From positions 62,001-126,000 of the forward strand of contig NW_013657677.1 of assembly GCF_000142905.1 (NCBI RefSeq): 64,000 bases of DNA. The letters are read 5' to 3'. The notes below the pieces were generated by a model. The model was not told where the DNA came from. It did no database searches and saw nothing but the letters and a program-made list of their open reading frames with translations. Positions 12,593 to 23,364 of this stretch are shown one piece after another (positions within the stretch are counted from its first letter, which is position 1; every line of letters begins with the position of its first letter). Source of the stretch: Thecamonas trahens ATCC 50062 (lineage: Eukaryota; Protista; Apusomonadida). Made by a program: the position numbers and the translations under genes.

Positions 12593-13645
12593 CTAACTAT
12601 TCCGTTGGTATGTAGTTGCGAGTGTGGCTGTGGGCGGAGCGGTATGAGTGGTGTGTGACTGGTTGGCTGGCTGGTTGGCTGGCTCCGTTGTGCCGGTGGA
12701 GGGTGCGCCAACCGGGCTCGAATCAATAGCTGGACGGCGACTCTGATGGGCAAGACAAAATGCCTTGACTGTGTCGATAAGCTCGTTCCCACTAATGTAG
12801 GGGGGGAGAGAGAGAGGAGGAGGGGGGGTCAGTGGCTGGGCGATAGCTGGTGGTGACTCGCTGGAGGTGATTGGCTGGCTAGTGGCGAGTGGCTGGAGGT
12901 GACTGGCACGTGGCCGAGGCTGGCACAGGTCGATGAGCGAGGGGGGAACGGAAGGGCTCGGGGGGAGGGTGAGGGGAGGGCGAGAAAGCGAGTATGGAAC
13001 CGGGGAGGTAACCACCACACTCTCTACCAAGCGTACGTTAGCTTTGACGTCTTCTTCTGTTCTTCAAGCGAGTAGCTACAGTGCAAACCAGGTGTGCGTG
13101 TCCCCCCTGGCCTCTATCACCTCGTTGGCCATGTAATGCATGCTATGCTATGCTATGCTATGCATCGTCCATTGGTTGTTGTTGGTGGTAAACGTTGGTG
13201 CCTTTGATCGCGACCGAAGCAGACCTTGCCGCGCCATGGTCCCGACCTGCCGCCCCCCTCTACCGCCTTGCCTGTGCCTGATGCTCCTGCCAGTTTCCTT
13301 CTGCCTACACACTCTCCACCACCATAGCCCCCTCGAACAGAGGTTCAACTATGGCTGGTCGCACTGGTGCGACTTGCCACACCGCCCATGCTGCTCCTGC
13401 TCTGCTCCTGAGTGACGCCACCCTCGGTTTGTAGCTGCTACCGCCTTTTGGCCAAAAAGGTCGTTTTCCGACCACACGTTCTTTCTCAGCGAACAAATCA
13501 TCGTCATTTAATTGACCGCTCGGAAAACGCGCCCTCGGACCGACCGGCAAACTGGCGGACCGGCGGACCGGCGGACCGGCGGACCACCCGAACCACCCGA
13601 CCGCGGCTCTCACTCACCCACCGTTATCATCACTGATTTAGAAGA

Positions 13646-14458
13646 ATGACCAAGAAGTCGCGGGATCCGGCCAAGCCCAAGCGGGCGCTGACGGCGTACC
13701 AGTACTTTTGTGCCGACCACCGCGAGCGGGTCAAGGAGGCGAACCCGGATGCCAAGCACACCGATATGTTTGGCCTGCTCTCAATCGAGTGGAAGAAGGT
13801 CAAGCCTGGAGTGCGGGGCAAGTATGATGCGCTTGCTGCGGCCGACAAGGAGCGGTACGACGCCGAGATGGCGGCGTACGTGCCGACGGAGGGCTTTGAG
13901 AGGTCCGGCAAGCCGAAGCGCAAGGCGGGCGCCACCGGGCCCAAGCGGCCACTCAACGCATACCAGGTGTACTCGAAGCGTCATCGCGATCGTGTGACTG
14001 CCGCCAACCCAGACGCCAAGCATACCGAGATGTTTGGCCTGCTCTCAGAGGAGTGGAAGAATGCGTCCGAGACCGAGCGTGAGGCGTGCAAGGCCGAGGC
14101 CGCCCGCCTCCGTGCAGAGTACGAGATCGCCCGCGCCCAGTGGCAGGAGGAGCACCCTGAGGAGCTCCACGCCAACAAGAAGGCCAAGACGGGCCGCCGC
14201 AAGACCAAGGACCCGAACGCGCCCAAGCGCCCGTCCACGGCCTACCAGCTCTACTCGCGCGCCCACCGCGCCCGCGTCTCGGCCGCCAACCCGGATGCCA
14301 AGCACACCGACATGTTTGGCCTCCTCGCCGAGCAGTGGAAGACGTGCCCGCCTGCCGAGCGTGCCCAGTACGAGCAAGAGGCCGCTACGCTCCGCGCCAA
14401 CTACATCGCTGCCAAGAAGAAGTACGAGAGCAGTGGCGGTATGGGCTCTGACGAGTAG
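13646..14458 (+). CDS. HMG-box protein with three tandem HMG boxes
   Basis: Three PKR(A/P)xxAYQ...ANPDAKHT(D/E)MFGLL..(E/Q)WK units. Confidence 0.92.
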   Translation: MTKKSRDPAKPKRALTAYQYFCADHRERVKEANPDAKHTDMFGLLSIEWKKVKPGVRGKYDALAAADKERYDAEMAAYVPTEGFERSGKPKRKAGATGPKRPLNAYQVYSKRHRDRVTAANPDAKHTEMFGLLSEEWKNASETEREACKAEAARLRAEYEIARAQWQEEHPEELHANKKAKTGRRKTKDPNAPKRPSTAYQLYSRAHRARVSAANPDAKHTDMFGLLAEQWKTCPPAERAQYEQEAATLRANYIAAKKKYESSGGMGSDE

Positions 14459-14621
14459 TGTGTGTGTGGCATGCGCTTGACTTGCTTGCTGCGCCTGCCG
14501 CGATCGCGGCTGTTAAATGTAGTCACTTGAGAGAGAGAGAAGGAGAGAGAGAGTGTGTGTGTTTGTGTTCGTGTGTGCAGGTGTGCGTGTATTTTCGGGG
14601 AGAAAGCCAGCGGCGACAAGA

Positions 14622-15804
14622 CTAGCGGCCCATCCGGCCCATCACGTCCGGCTCCTTGGTGGTCACACCGAGCCGGTGCTCGATCTCGGCCTCGTGCTGG
14701 CTGTTCATGCACGCGTACACCGCACAGTACAGGCCGTCGACAAACGTCTCGAGCTCGTCCGACCCGTTGCCGCTGCACTGCAGCACGCAGTTGAGGATCT
14801 GGCAGAAGCAGAGGAAAATCTGGATGCATGCATCGCACGCTGGCAAACCATACATCTACGAGTGAGTAGCAAGGAAGAGCGAGAGGACGGGGGAGGAGGG
14901 AGAGGGAAGGAAAGGGGGAGCACTTACCCGAGTCGCGGACGTTGAACCGCTGCATGATCATCGAGCGGTTGGTGTAGATGGCGCACTCGTGGCAGCAGCA
15001 AGCCTCCAGCCAGAGGCAGCAGCCCTCGTTGCCCTGGACGCAGCCGTCGCAATGGCGGGTGATGCACTGGTACCGGTTGTTGCAGCACTTGTAGCGCGAC
15101 AGGTCGTTGTCGAGCATGGTCAGCCGATGCGACCGCGCCTTGAAGCACGGCAGCAGGCACGAGAGCGCGCAGGTGATCGGCTGGGTAAAGCACGCGTTGA
15201 TCATGCCCTTATGGAACTCCTGGTTGCCTCCGCCACCGCCGGCTCCGCTGCCGTATCCGCCCTGCTGGTGGCCACGCCCGCGCCCATTGCCCTGGGCTTG
15301 CCCATACGCTGAGTTACCTGGTCCCTACACCCGTGTCAATTCCATCATCGGCAGTGAGTTGCCATCCCTGTCGCCACGCCCATCGCTGTGCGGGCTACGG
15401 CCCTCACCCTGACCAAGCTTCTACCGTCAGTCGTCAAAAAACCGCCGCACCGGCGGCACCCACGCGCGTCCCGCCCTCTTTGCTCCTTACCACCCTGCAC
15501 ACACCGCCCGCCTCCCTCCCTACCCACCGTCCTTTTCCACCATTATCCTTCCCCTACACTATCCCCATACTCCTGCCCTTGCCGCCAGCGGCCCTTCCAT
15601 AGAGCCACCAGCTCGTCGGTAGGACTCGGGCAAGTGTTCCAGAGCGAAGCAGCGACAGCACCTAACGCCCCCTTCTCCCTTCCCCCTCCTCCTCCCTCCA
15701 CACAGCCCCCCCCCCCCCCCCCCCCCCCACACACACCATACTCATCTCCCTTCCCTCAAACCCATCCAACCTACTGTCTGGGTCATTGGTTGTACTCGAG
15801 ACAT
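14622..15804 (-). CDS. PLAC8/cornifelin-like Cys-rich protein; probable exons 15804-15775, 15324-14928, 14839-14622
   Basis: CALSCLLPC, CCLWLEACCCHECAIYTNRSMIMQRFNV, CAVYACMNSQHEAEI; in-phase GT-AG introns. The first exon is less certain. Confidence 0.75.
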
Positions 15805-16026
15805 GAGTAGTGCAATGTGTGCACAGAGATACGCAGTGAACGGAACGACGATAGTCATACTCATTCGTAGTCAAAAGATTTAGTCATTAGTTAGTCAGTC
15901 AAACGTCAATGACTAAGATGGTGATGAGGACGGAGGCAGCCCTCTCACACGCAGCATGCCCCCGTTCTTCGGCCTTGTGGCAAGTTGACCGCGAGCGAGT
16001 GGGACGAGGTACATGACGCTGTGGAG

Positions 16027-16086
16027 GTACTCCTCCTCACGATCAACAACTCGTGCGTACTCCTCCTCACGATCAACAACTCGTGC
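16027..16086. repeat. Perfect 30-bp tandem duplication inside the hAT element
   Basis: GTACTCCTCCTCACGATCAACAACTCGTGC x2. Confidence 0.95.
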
Positions 16087-17153
16087 GTCATGTCTCAGAC
16101 GTCCGATATGTCGTCCTCCCTTTCGCTCGTTGCGATGGTGGGGATTGTGGACGATGTCTGGCAGAGCTCAAGATCAACAACGAGGATATCCCTAGGATCC
16201 AACAGCTGTGCGACATCGCCACCCAGGCAGCGTACAAACAGGTTGCGTACATGTACAAAGAGGATGCGTGCCTCTTTGCTCTCCTTATTGACACGACTGT
16301 CACCAAGGACGACCTTATGTATGTCCAGGGAGTTGTCGCCGACGCCAACAACTCGCTTGGTGTGCGCCATCTGGCGACCGCTGCTGAGGTCCACCATGAC
16401 ATGTGGCGTCGCTTGGCAGACGTCCTTGAGCCCAAGCTCCTGGACGTTCTATCCACGCTCCCGTCGCATACTGCGGCGTCATCGAGCGGAGCGAGCAACA
16501 CGCTGCCGCAAGAATCGCGGGACCCCACGTACTTTTCCCCGAGTATGTCTGCTGCCGGTGGGCCATCCAAGGTGGTAATGGCTGAGCCGGCTTCATCGCC
16601 ACAGGCGCGCTCGCGGATGGCCGCGGAGCGCGAGGCGCGCGCTCGTAACATTGCCAAGCGCGAGAAGAACGCGGGGAAGCGCCTGCGCGCGAAGAGCGTT
16701 GATGAGGTTCGCGGCTGCAAGGTGCGAAAGATGACGGTGAACGATACGCCTGCGTCTGTGGCTTCGTTCAGCAACTACAAGCTCGTCGAAGTGTTCTGCA
16801 AGGTTCTCACGGCTACGTTGTACAACAGTCGGCTAATCTCTACCTCTTCAAGTTTGTCCGTAGGCGACGTGTTGGCTAAGTTTGAGGACGTGTGCGTCGG
16901 TCTCGAGTCTCGCAAGAACTGGAACCGCAAGGCTGACGTACGGCGGATCCAGGTGCTGTGTGCGAGGGTCCGCTTGTGGGGCCAGGGGATCCTTCTTCCA
17001 TCGGCCTCCGCTGCCAGCGTCGAACGGCTCAACTCGGTGGCGACAGACATGATGACGAGGAAGCGGAACCGCCTCTCGGCTCTGCGCGCCGAGAAGATGA
17101 TGCTCCTGCGTGCATGGATGCTTTTCGACTTTGAGCTGACGAAGAAACTGTAG
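16053..17153 (+). pseudogene. Truncated hAT transposase remnant
   Basis: C-terminal hAT dimerisation motif PSASAASVERLNS...RKRNRLS..RAEKMMLLR; FALLID resembles the first catalytic Asp strand; much shorter than a full transposase. Confidence 0.75.
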
Positions 17154-18899
17154 TGACGATACGCATCAGCTGTTAGTCATTTAGTCAGTCATTAGAATCA
17201 GTTAGTTAGTCACAGTAAGCCGTTCCGTTCACTGGAGATACGACGACGAAGCCCACGAGTGACCAACCAAGATTAACCACACATCCACCCGCAAGCGCCT
17301 TCCTGCTCCGCCACATGTCGTCATGATCGTTTGCATTCGGAAGGAACTGGGCGACATGGACGGTAGGGGTGGATCGTGTCTTTGCCGCGGATAGGCGTGC
17401 CCACAGCGATTAAGGCAAGCAAGTCGGTGCGGTACGCAGGCGCAGACGATGATGACTCCCCAGCTGACCCGCGCGCGCTAGCATCAGGCTCGTAGCTCTC
17501 GCCGTACGCGTGGTGCATACATCGCATCGTACAATGAGATGTATGCACCACACGCACGGCGAGAGCCGCATCTGTCCGATGATCGAACTCGTGGCTGCCT
17601 GGCGATCCACGGGGTAGATCGTCGCGAGCGCGCAAGGTTTGGCCTGCGGGAGCTTCCGCCGCAGGTGTAAAGCAGGGCATGTGCGGCTGGTGTGATGGAG
17701 AGCTACGGCAGTAGTCGTATGGTGGCGGTTGAGACGCAAGCTGCGCCGCGATGACGCAAGTGAGGTGATGCGATTACATGTGATGGATGATGGGCTGTGA
17801 TGAAGGATACGGGAGGGCGTGTCGATGTGAGCGGCGGGTGCGAGTATGCAAAAGCCTGCTCAGATCCAGTAGATCAGATGCAGGGCGGCGGCAGGTTGGA
17901 GCGGCGGCGGGCTACAGTTCTGCGGGATGCGGGCTGCGGGCTCGGGCTGCAGCCTTGGTGCCTTCGCGCGTTCAAAAATCTAAATCCCCGCACGCTTTGC
18001 TTTGACCAACTAACGTCCGCACCCCAGTTGGGGCGAGGGGCCGGGGGAGGGGGGGGGGGGGAGCGGGCGCCTCGAATAACCGAGGTCAACAACAAGTTGA
18101 AGCTTCCGCTGGTCGGCTTTGCATCGGCTGGCGTAACAGCACACTCATCTTAAGGTATGTGAAGAAGCCCAAGTGGATTATGGTGTATCCTTTTTCTTCC
18201 CCCTCCTCGTTCTATATCACCTCCTCTCGCTTTTCTTTGCCTTGTTCTGTTGTGTGTGTGTGTGTTGTGTGTCTCTCTTTGTGCCTCTGTGTGTGTGCCG
18301 TCGGTGCTTGCTCCAACTCGAGAACGTTCAACATACCGCGTTAATGCTACATACCCAAACGTGGCTTTGTGGTGGGTGGGGGTATGGGCAGTTGGGAATG
18401 GAGGGGAGGGATGTACGAGAGGCAAGACGGCGTACGTCTAGCCATGCTCAAAGGCATTGGACGTGAATGGTATGGGGCGGCATACCATGGTTGTGGACAT
18501 GTAGCTTGGATAGGTCGCCCCCCCTGGCCCTGTCCCCCCCTGGCCCCCCCGTTCAGGCGCGCCATCCAGCGTTTTTTTAAGGCTCTCCGCCCGTTTGGGC
18601 GCAAGTTGTTGGACAAAACCCTACCTGGTCTGGACCCATAGCTGAGGCGCGAGGCATGAGCATGAGACCAGCTGCGTAAGGACCTTAAGTGGTTGTTGCG
18701 GTGGTGGCAAGGGTATCGTCGCTCTCCTCTGTGAACTCGTCGTTTATTTTCGGTTTCTTTCGGGTACGGGGCCCGTCCCGTTGTCGGTTGTGGGCGCTCT
18801 TTGCTGGCGAGCCGCCTCCCTCCGCTCGGTTGCTAGTTGCGGCGCGAGTTGCGAATGGAATACTCACTTGGAGTGCGTAGTAGTGTGTAACAGGTCAAG

Positions 18900-19469
18900 A
18901 TGGTGAAGGAGCACACGCTTGTTGTTGTCGGCTCCGGCGGAGTCGGCAAGTCGGCCATCACGGTCCAGTTTCTGTACAACCAGTTCATGACATTCTACGA
19001 CCCGACGATTGAGGAGTCGTACCGTAAGCAGGTGGTCATTGACGATGTGGCGTGCATGCTTAACATTGTGGACACTGCCGGTCAGGAGGAGTACGCTACG
19101 CTCCGCGACCAGTACTGGGGCCCTGGTGAGGGCTTTGTTCTTGTGTACTCGATCACGTCCAAGGAGACGTTTGTGGAGGTGCAGGATCTGACCAAGCTTG
19201 TGCTGCGGACTAAGGACGCGGCGACGTTCCCGATGGTGATTGTGGGGAACAAGAAGGATCTTGAGCATGAGCGCAAGGTGCCGTCTGCCGACGGCGAGAG
19301 CCTTGCCAAGGACCTGAAGTGCCCGTTCTTTGAGACGTCGGCCAAGACCCGGCTCAACGTCGACGAGTGCTTCACCGCCCTTGTCCGTGAGATCTGGGCC
19401 GACTCGGGCGACGATCCGGTCAACCCGGGTGGCAAGGCCAAGAAGAAGGGCGGCTGCGTGCTCCTCTGA
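18900..19469 (+). CDS. Ras-family small GTPase
   Basis: GSGGVGKS, YDPTIEESY, DTAGQEEY, NKKD, ETSAK, polybasic tail and CAAX box CVLL. Confidence 0.97.
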   Translation: MVKEHTLVVVGSGGVGKSAITVQFLYNQFMTFYDPTIEESYRKQVVIDDVACMLNIVDTAGQEEYATLRDQYWGPGEGFVLVYSITSKETFVEVQDLTKLVLRTKDAATFPMVIVGNKKDLEHERKVPSADGESLAKDLKCPFFETSAKTRLNVDECFTALVREIWADSGDDPVNPGGKAKKKGGCVLL

Positions 19470-19903
19470 GCTTGCCATGTCTTGCATTCGCTTTTCTCCT
19501 TGCTTGTGTCGGCTTCCCCTCTCTACGAGGGATTTGCCTCTTTCCATCCTCCTGTTGTCTTGAGCGCGAGCCAGGCCGCGGCGGCCACCCCACATCTGTC
19601 GGCATCGCCATCTTTTCTCAACGCCTCCTTCCCCTCGACCCTTGCACTCTCGACATCCTGCAGTCAATCTGCACGCCTCGACCTGTCTGTCCAGTTCGGG
19701 CGACCTTTGGCTGCACTTTCACCAATGAAACACTATGTGTCCACATGCCCCCGCGCCCCTTTCCCTCCTCCGTCCTCTCCCGCCCCCCCCCCCGCCTTTT
19801 CACCCTCACGTGACCGAGTTACGGCCCGACGGCTATGTCTAGCATCAGCTCCCACCTCACCCCCCCCCCCCCCCTCCACACACACACACATATAACCATA
19901 ACC

Positions 19904-20121
19904 ATGGCATTCCAGGTTGCGGTGACGGAGAGCGTGAGTGTGGGACTTGTCAGCCACCGACATGTCCCTGCCCTCTTTGCCGCCGTCGACAGCACCCGGA
20001 CACGGCACCACCTGCGGGCATGGCTCCCATGGGTAGACACTATTCGTGATGAGGACTCGGTCAAGGCGGTTGTCTCTGCCTCTCTTGCACAGGTACGTAC
20101 ATGCAGATAGAGAGAGAGAGA

Positions 20122-20152
<31 letters not shown>

Positions 20153-21776
20153 GTGGTTGGCATGACAGAGGTCATGCAGAGTATCGGCTGCTATCATCGG
20201 GACCGCTGGTCGTGGCTGACCGTGTTGGTCGGGACTGCTGGTCGTGGTGATCATGATCATGGTGCTGGTACTGGTGCTGGTCGTGATGGTAGTGCTGGTG
20301 GTTGGCATGACAGAGGTCATGCAGAGTATCGGCTGCTATCATCGAGACCGCTGGTCGTGGCTGACCGTGTTGGTCGGGACTGCTGGTCGTGGTGATCATG
20401 ATCATGGTGCTGGTACTGGTGCTGGTCGTGATGGTAGTGCTGGTGGTTGGCATGACAGAGGTCATGCAGAGTATCGGCTGCTATCATCGAGACCGCTGGT
20501 CGTGGCTGACCGTGTTGGTCGGGACCGCTGGTCGTGGTGATCATGATCATGATCATGGTGCTAGTCATGTTGATAGTGCTGGTGGTGGGTGGTATTCATT
20601 CTGCACTGCCCTGAGCTCTTGCTGATCGTGATGGCAACGCTCTGTCACACCGCTCACTCACCTCAATCATCTCCATTCTCTTCCCCATCCTCCTCGTTCA
20701 CGTGCATACCATAGTTTGTTGGGGACCGCGGCGCCATGTACGGCGTGTGGCTCGGTGCAGACCTCGTCGGGAGCGTGTCGTGGAGCGTGTCGGCTCCGGC
20801 GCATCCGCAGACGGCCGAGCTCGGAGGCTGGCTGGTGCCCGACGCGGTCGGCAAGGGCATCATGTCGCAGTCGATGGCGTACGTCGTCCGGTACTTGTTT
20901 GACTCGCTTGACTTTGTCCGCCTTGAGCTGCGGATTGCCACACACAACACCCGTGGCCTGGCGCTGGCTGATGCACTCGGCTTTGTCCGCGAGGGCACTC
21001 TCCGCGAGGCGGCGCTGGTCAACGGGCAGGCCCACGACGTTGCCATGTTCTCGCTGCTGCGTGCAGAGTGGCGTGCTGCCACCCTCGCCAAGGAAGCCAA
21101 GGTCGAGGAGGCCAAGGCTGCCGCCGACGAGGCGCGTGCCAAGAAGCGCGCCGCCCTCACCTCGGGCCCGTCCATCTTTGACGGCTCTGTTCCGCTGCCC
21201 GCGCCCGTTGCGGGTGCGAAGAAAAAGAAGGCGGCGTCGGCCCCGGCGTCGGCTGCTGCTGCCACTCCGACCATCTTTGACGACGGTGCGCGCCCGCGAT
21301 CGGCCAAGGCGCCAGCCAAGTCGCCGTCTATCTTTGGCGAGACGACAACCGCGTCAGCGCCGGCTAAGACTCAGGTCAAGGCGCCAGCCAAGTCGCCGTC
21401 CATCTTTGGCGAGACGACGACCGCGTCAGCGCCGGCCAAGGCGCCGGCCAAGGCGCCATCCATCTTTGGCGAGACGACGACTGCCCCCGCGCCGACCGCC
21501 TCGCCCGCACCCGTGCCAGTCAAGACCTCCAACACACTCCTCGTGGCGTCGTCGTCCGACGGCGAGAGCGAGGATGACGAGCCTGCGGCGCCCGCGCCCG
21601 CACCAGCTCCGGTGCGTGCGCCAGCCTCCAACGTCGCGTCGCTCTTTGCCACCGACGACGGCGACGATGACGATCTGTTCGGCGGCGCCCTTCCGGTGGC
21701 CAAGAAGCCCGCGGCGACCAAGACGACCTCGCTGTTTGGTGACGACGACGACGGCGACAGCGACTTTTGGTTCTGA
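19904..21776 (+). CDS. RimL/YdaF-type GNAT N-acetyltransferase with long low-complexity tail; exons 19904-20092, 20715-21776
   Basis: HLRAWLPWV, AELGGWL...GKGIMS, LELRIATHNTRG...LGFVREGTLREA; phase-0 GTACGT...TAG intron. Confidence 0.85.
20151..20585. repeat. 145-bp tandem repeat, about 3 copies, inside the GNAT intron
   Basis: CATGACAGAGGTCATGCAG... recurs at 20161, 20306 and 20451; preceded by (GA)n/(GT)n. Confidence 0.95.
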
Positions 21777-21821
21777 CCGGCGTGTGCTCTGCAACGGGTC
21801 ACGGCGAGATATGCGTTTAGT

Positions 21822-22892
21822 CTACGACGAAGTGGCGACGATGCGGAGGACCTGGCGGTCGATGGAGGCGCCGTCGGCCGCGGTAAAAACAGTGTCGACG
21901 GCGTAACGGCCCGAGTCGCGGATGTAGGCGGCAAACTCGACGACGCCGCCGCCGACGCCAAAGTAGTACGACTTGGCGGCAAAGAGCGCAACGCCATGTG
22001 GCGCCAGGCAAGCATCCAGAACACCGAGCAGCTTTGGGTAGCTCTCGCGGGCGTAGATGGTCTCGGCCGAGACAATGACGTCGTACGGCGCCTTGTCAGC
22101 CACTACATCCGCCAGCCCGCCCCAATCGCCGGCCACAAACGCAGTGGTCTCCGGATCGAGCGCGGCGGCCGCCGGCGGGCCTGCGGTCTCCATATCGGGC
22201 CCGATCTCAAGCTTGCTCGCCTTGGGTGCGTTGAGGTACACGTTCTCGGCGGTGACCATGGTGAGGACGGCGGCGTTGTAGTCCTGAAAGGTGACGTGCA
22301 AGACGCCCGGCACGTGGAAGAGGGCGTAGATGCCGGCCAGGCCATGTCCGCATCCAAGATCGAGAACCTTCCCTTCGCCAGCGGCAAGGGCAGCGTGGAG
22401 GCCGACGTCATCACGCGGCATGGTGGCAATGAGCTCGAGCGTGGCCTCCCACACCTTGAGGCCGCCCTCGTACAGCCCTGCAGCAAGATCCGAGTCGACA
22501 ACAACATCGACCAGAGCATCATCAAGGAGATCAACCACGTCGTCCTTGGTAAAGGCGACCTTGGCAAGCACGCCCGGCTCGACCTCGATCCGCACCCCAT
22601 CCAGCTCCGTCTCGTGTGTCAGATACTTGCTCAGCGCAGTGTTCCGCTCCGCGATCTCGGCCAGCACCACCCTCGGCTCACCCTCGATGTTTGCGCTTGA
22701 TCCAGCCGAGACTTTTGCTCCCGCTTCCTCGCCCTCTTCACCGCCTTCTGCCGCCATCGCAGCCGCTGCAGCCGCTGCCGCTGCCGCCGCCGCTGCCGCT
22801 GCCTCAGCTGCCTCCTCTTCGGCGGCTGTCCGGTTGGCCGCATCCACCGTCGACTCGACCGGCTCGCTTCCGAATGAGAACGCAAACGCCAT
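21822..22892 (-). CDS. METTL18: Histidine protein methyltransferase 1 (HPM1 family)
   Basis: YEGGLKVWEA, VLDLGCGHGLAGI, FQDYN, YDVIVSAETIY, AAKSYYFGVGGG; start MAFAFSF. Confidence 0.9.
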   Translation of the reverse strand: MAFAFSFGSEPVESTVDAANRTAAEEEAAEAAAAAAAAAAAAAAAMAAEGGEEGEEAGAKVSAGSSANIEGEPRVVLAEIAERNTALSKYLTHETELDGVRIEVEPGVLAKVAFTKDDVVDLLDDALVDVVVDSDLAAGLYEGGLKVWEATLELIATMPRDDVGLHAALAAGEGKVLDLGCGHGLAGIYALFHVPGVLHVTFQDYNAAVLTMVTAENVYLNAPKASKLEIGPDMETAGPPAAAALDPETTAFVAGDWGGLADVVADKAPYDVIVSAETIYARESYPKLLGVLDACLAPHGVALFAAKSYYFGVGGGVVEFAAYIRDSGRYAVDTVFTAADGASIDRQVLRIVATSS

Positions 22893-23028
22893 CGATATGT
22901 ATGTGTGTATGTATGTGTGTGGATGTGTGGGTGACTGAGTGAAGGAGAATGGGGTGTGGAGACAGAAGGGTGAGGAGGAGGGGTTGCGAGGGAGAGGAAG
23001 GGTGATGGATGCTGCCGTGGTGCTGCCC

Positions 23029-23320
23029 ACCATTAACTCTCGTTCCGTTAATCATAGCCACCAATCGTAACCAATACCAATCGTAGCCACCAACCATTAA
23101 CTCTCGTTCCGTTAATCATAGCCACCAATCGTAGCCACCAACCATTAACTCTCGTTCCGTTAATCATAGCCACCAATCGTAGCCACCAACCATTAACTCT
23201 CGTTCCGTTAATCATAGCCACCAATCGTAGCCACAAACCATTAACTCTCGTTCCGTTAATCATAGCCACCAATCGTAGCCACAAACCATTAACTCTCGTT
23301 CCGTTAATCATAGCCACCAA
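23029..23320. repeat. 48-bp minisatellite, 6 copies, between divergent genes
   Basis: ACCATTAACTCTCGTTCCGTTAATCATAGCCACCAATCGTAGCCACCA starts at 23029, 23093, 23141, 23189, 23237 and 23285. Confidence 0.95.
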
Positions 23321-23364
23321 CTCACACGACAACGGCCACCACTCCTCCCTTGCCATAGCCACCT

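Larger units (their letters stand above)
15834..17234 (+). mobile_element. hAT-superfamily DNA transposon, probably a non-autonomous deletion derivative
   Basis: Perfect 14-bp TIRs CAGTGAACGGAACG (15834-15847, 17221-17234); 8-bp TSD GAGATACG (15826-15833, 17235-17242); TTAGTCA subterminal repeats at both ends. Confidence 0.93.

Noticed and set aside
18150-18690. piggyBac-like element bounded by TTAA
   Set aside because: No convincing terminal inverted repeats or transposase.
20126-20625. His-rich or hydrophobic repeat ORFs
   Set aside because: Translations of the intronic 145-bp repeat; a unit length of 145 is not a multiple of three.
23029-23320. CRISPR-like array
   Set aside because: Units are contiguous with no unique spacers, there are no cas genes, and the context is eukaryotic.
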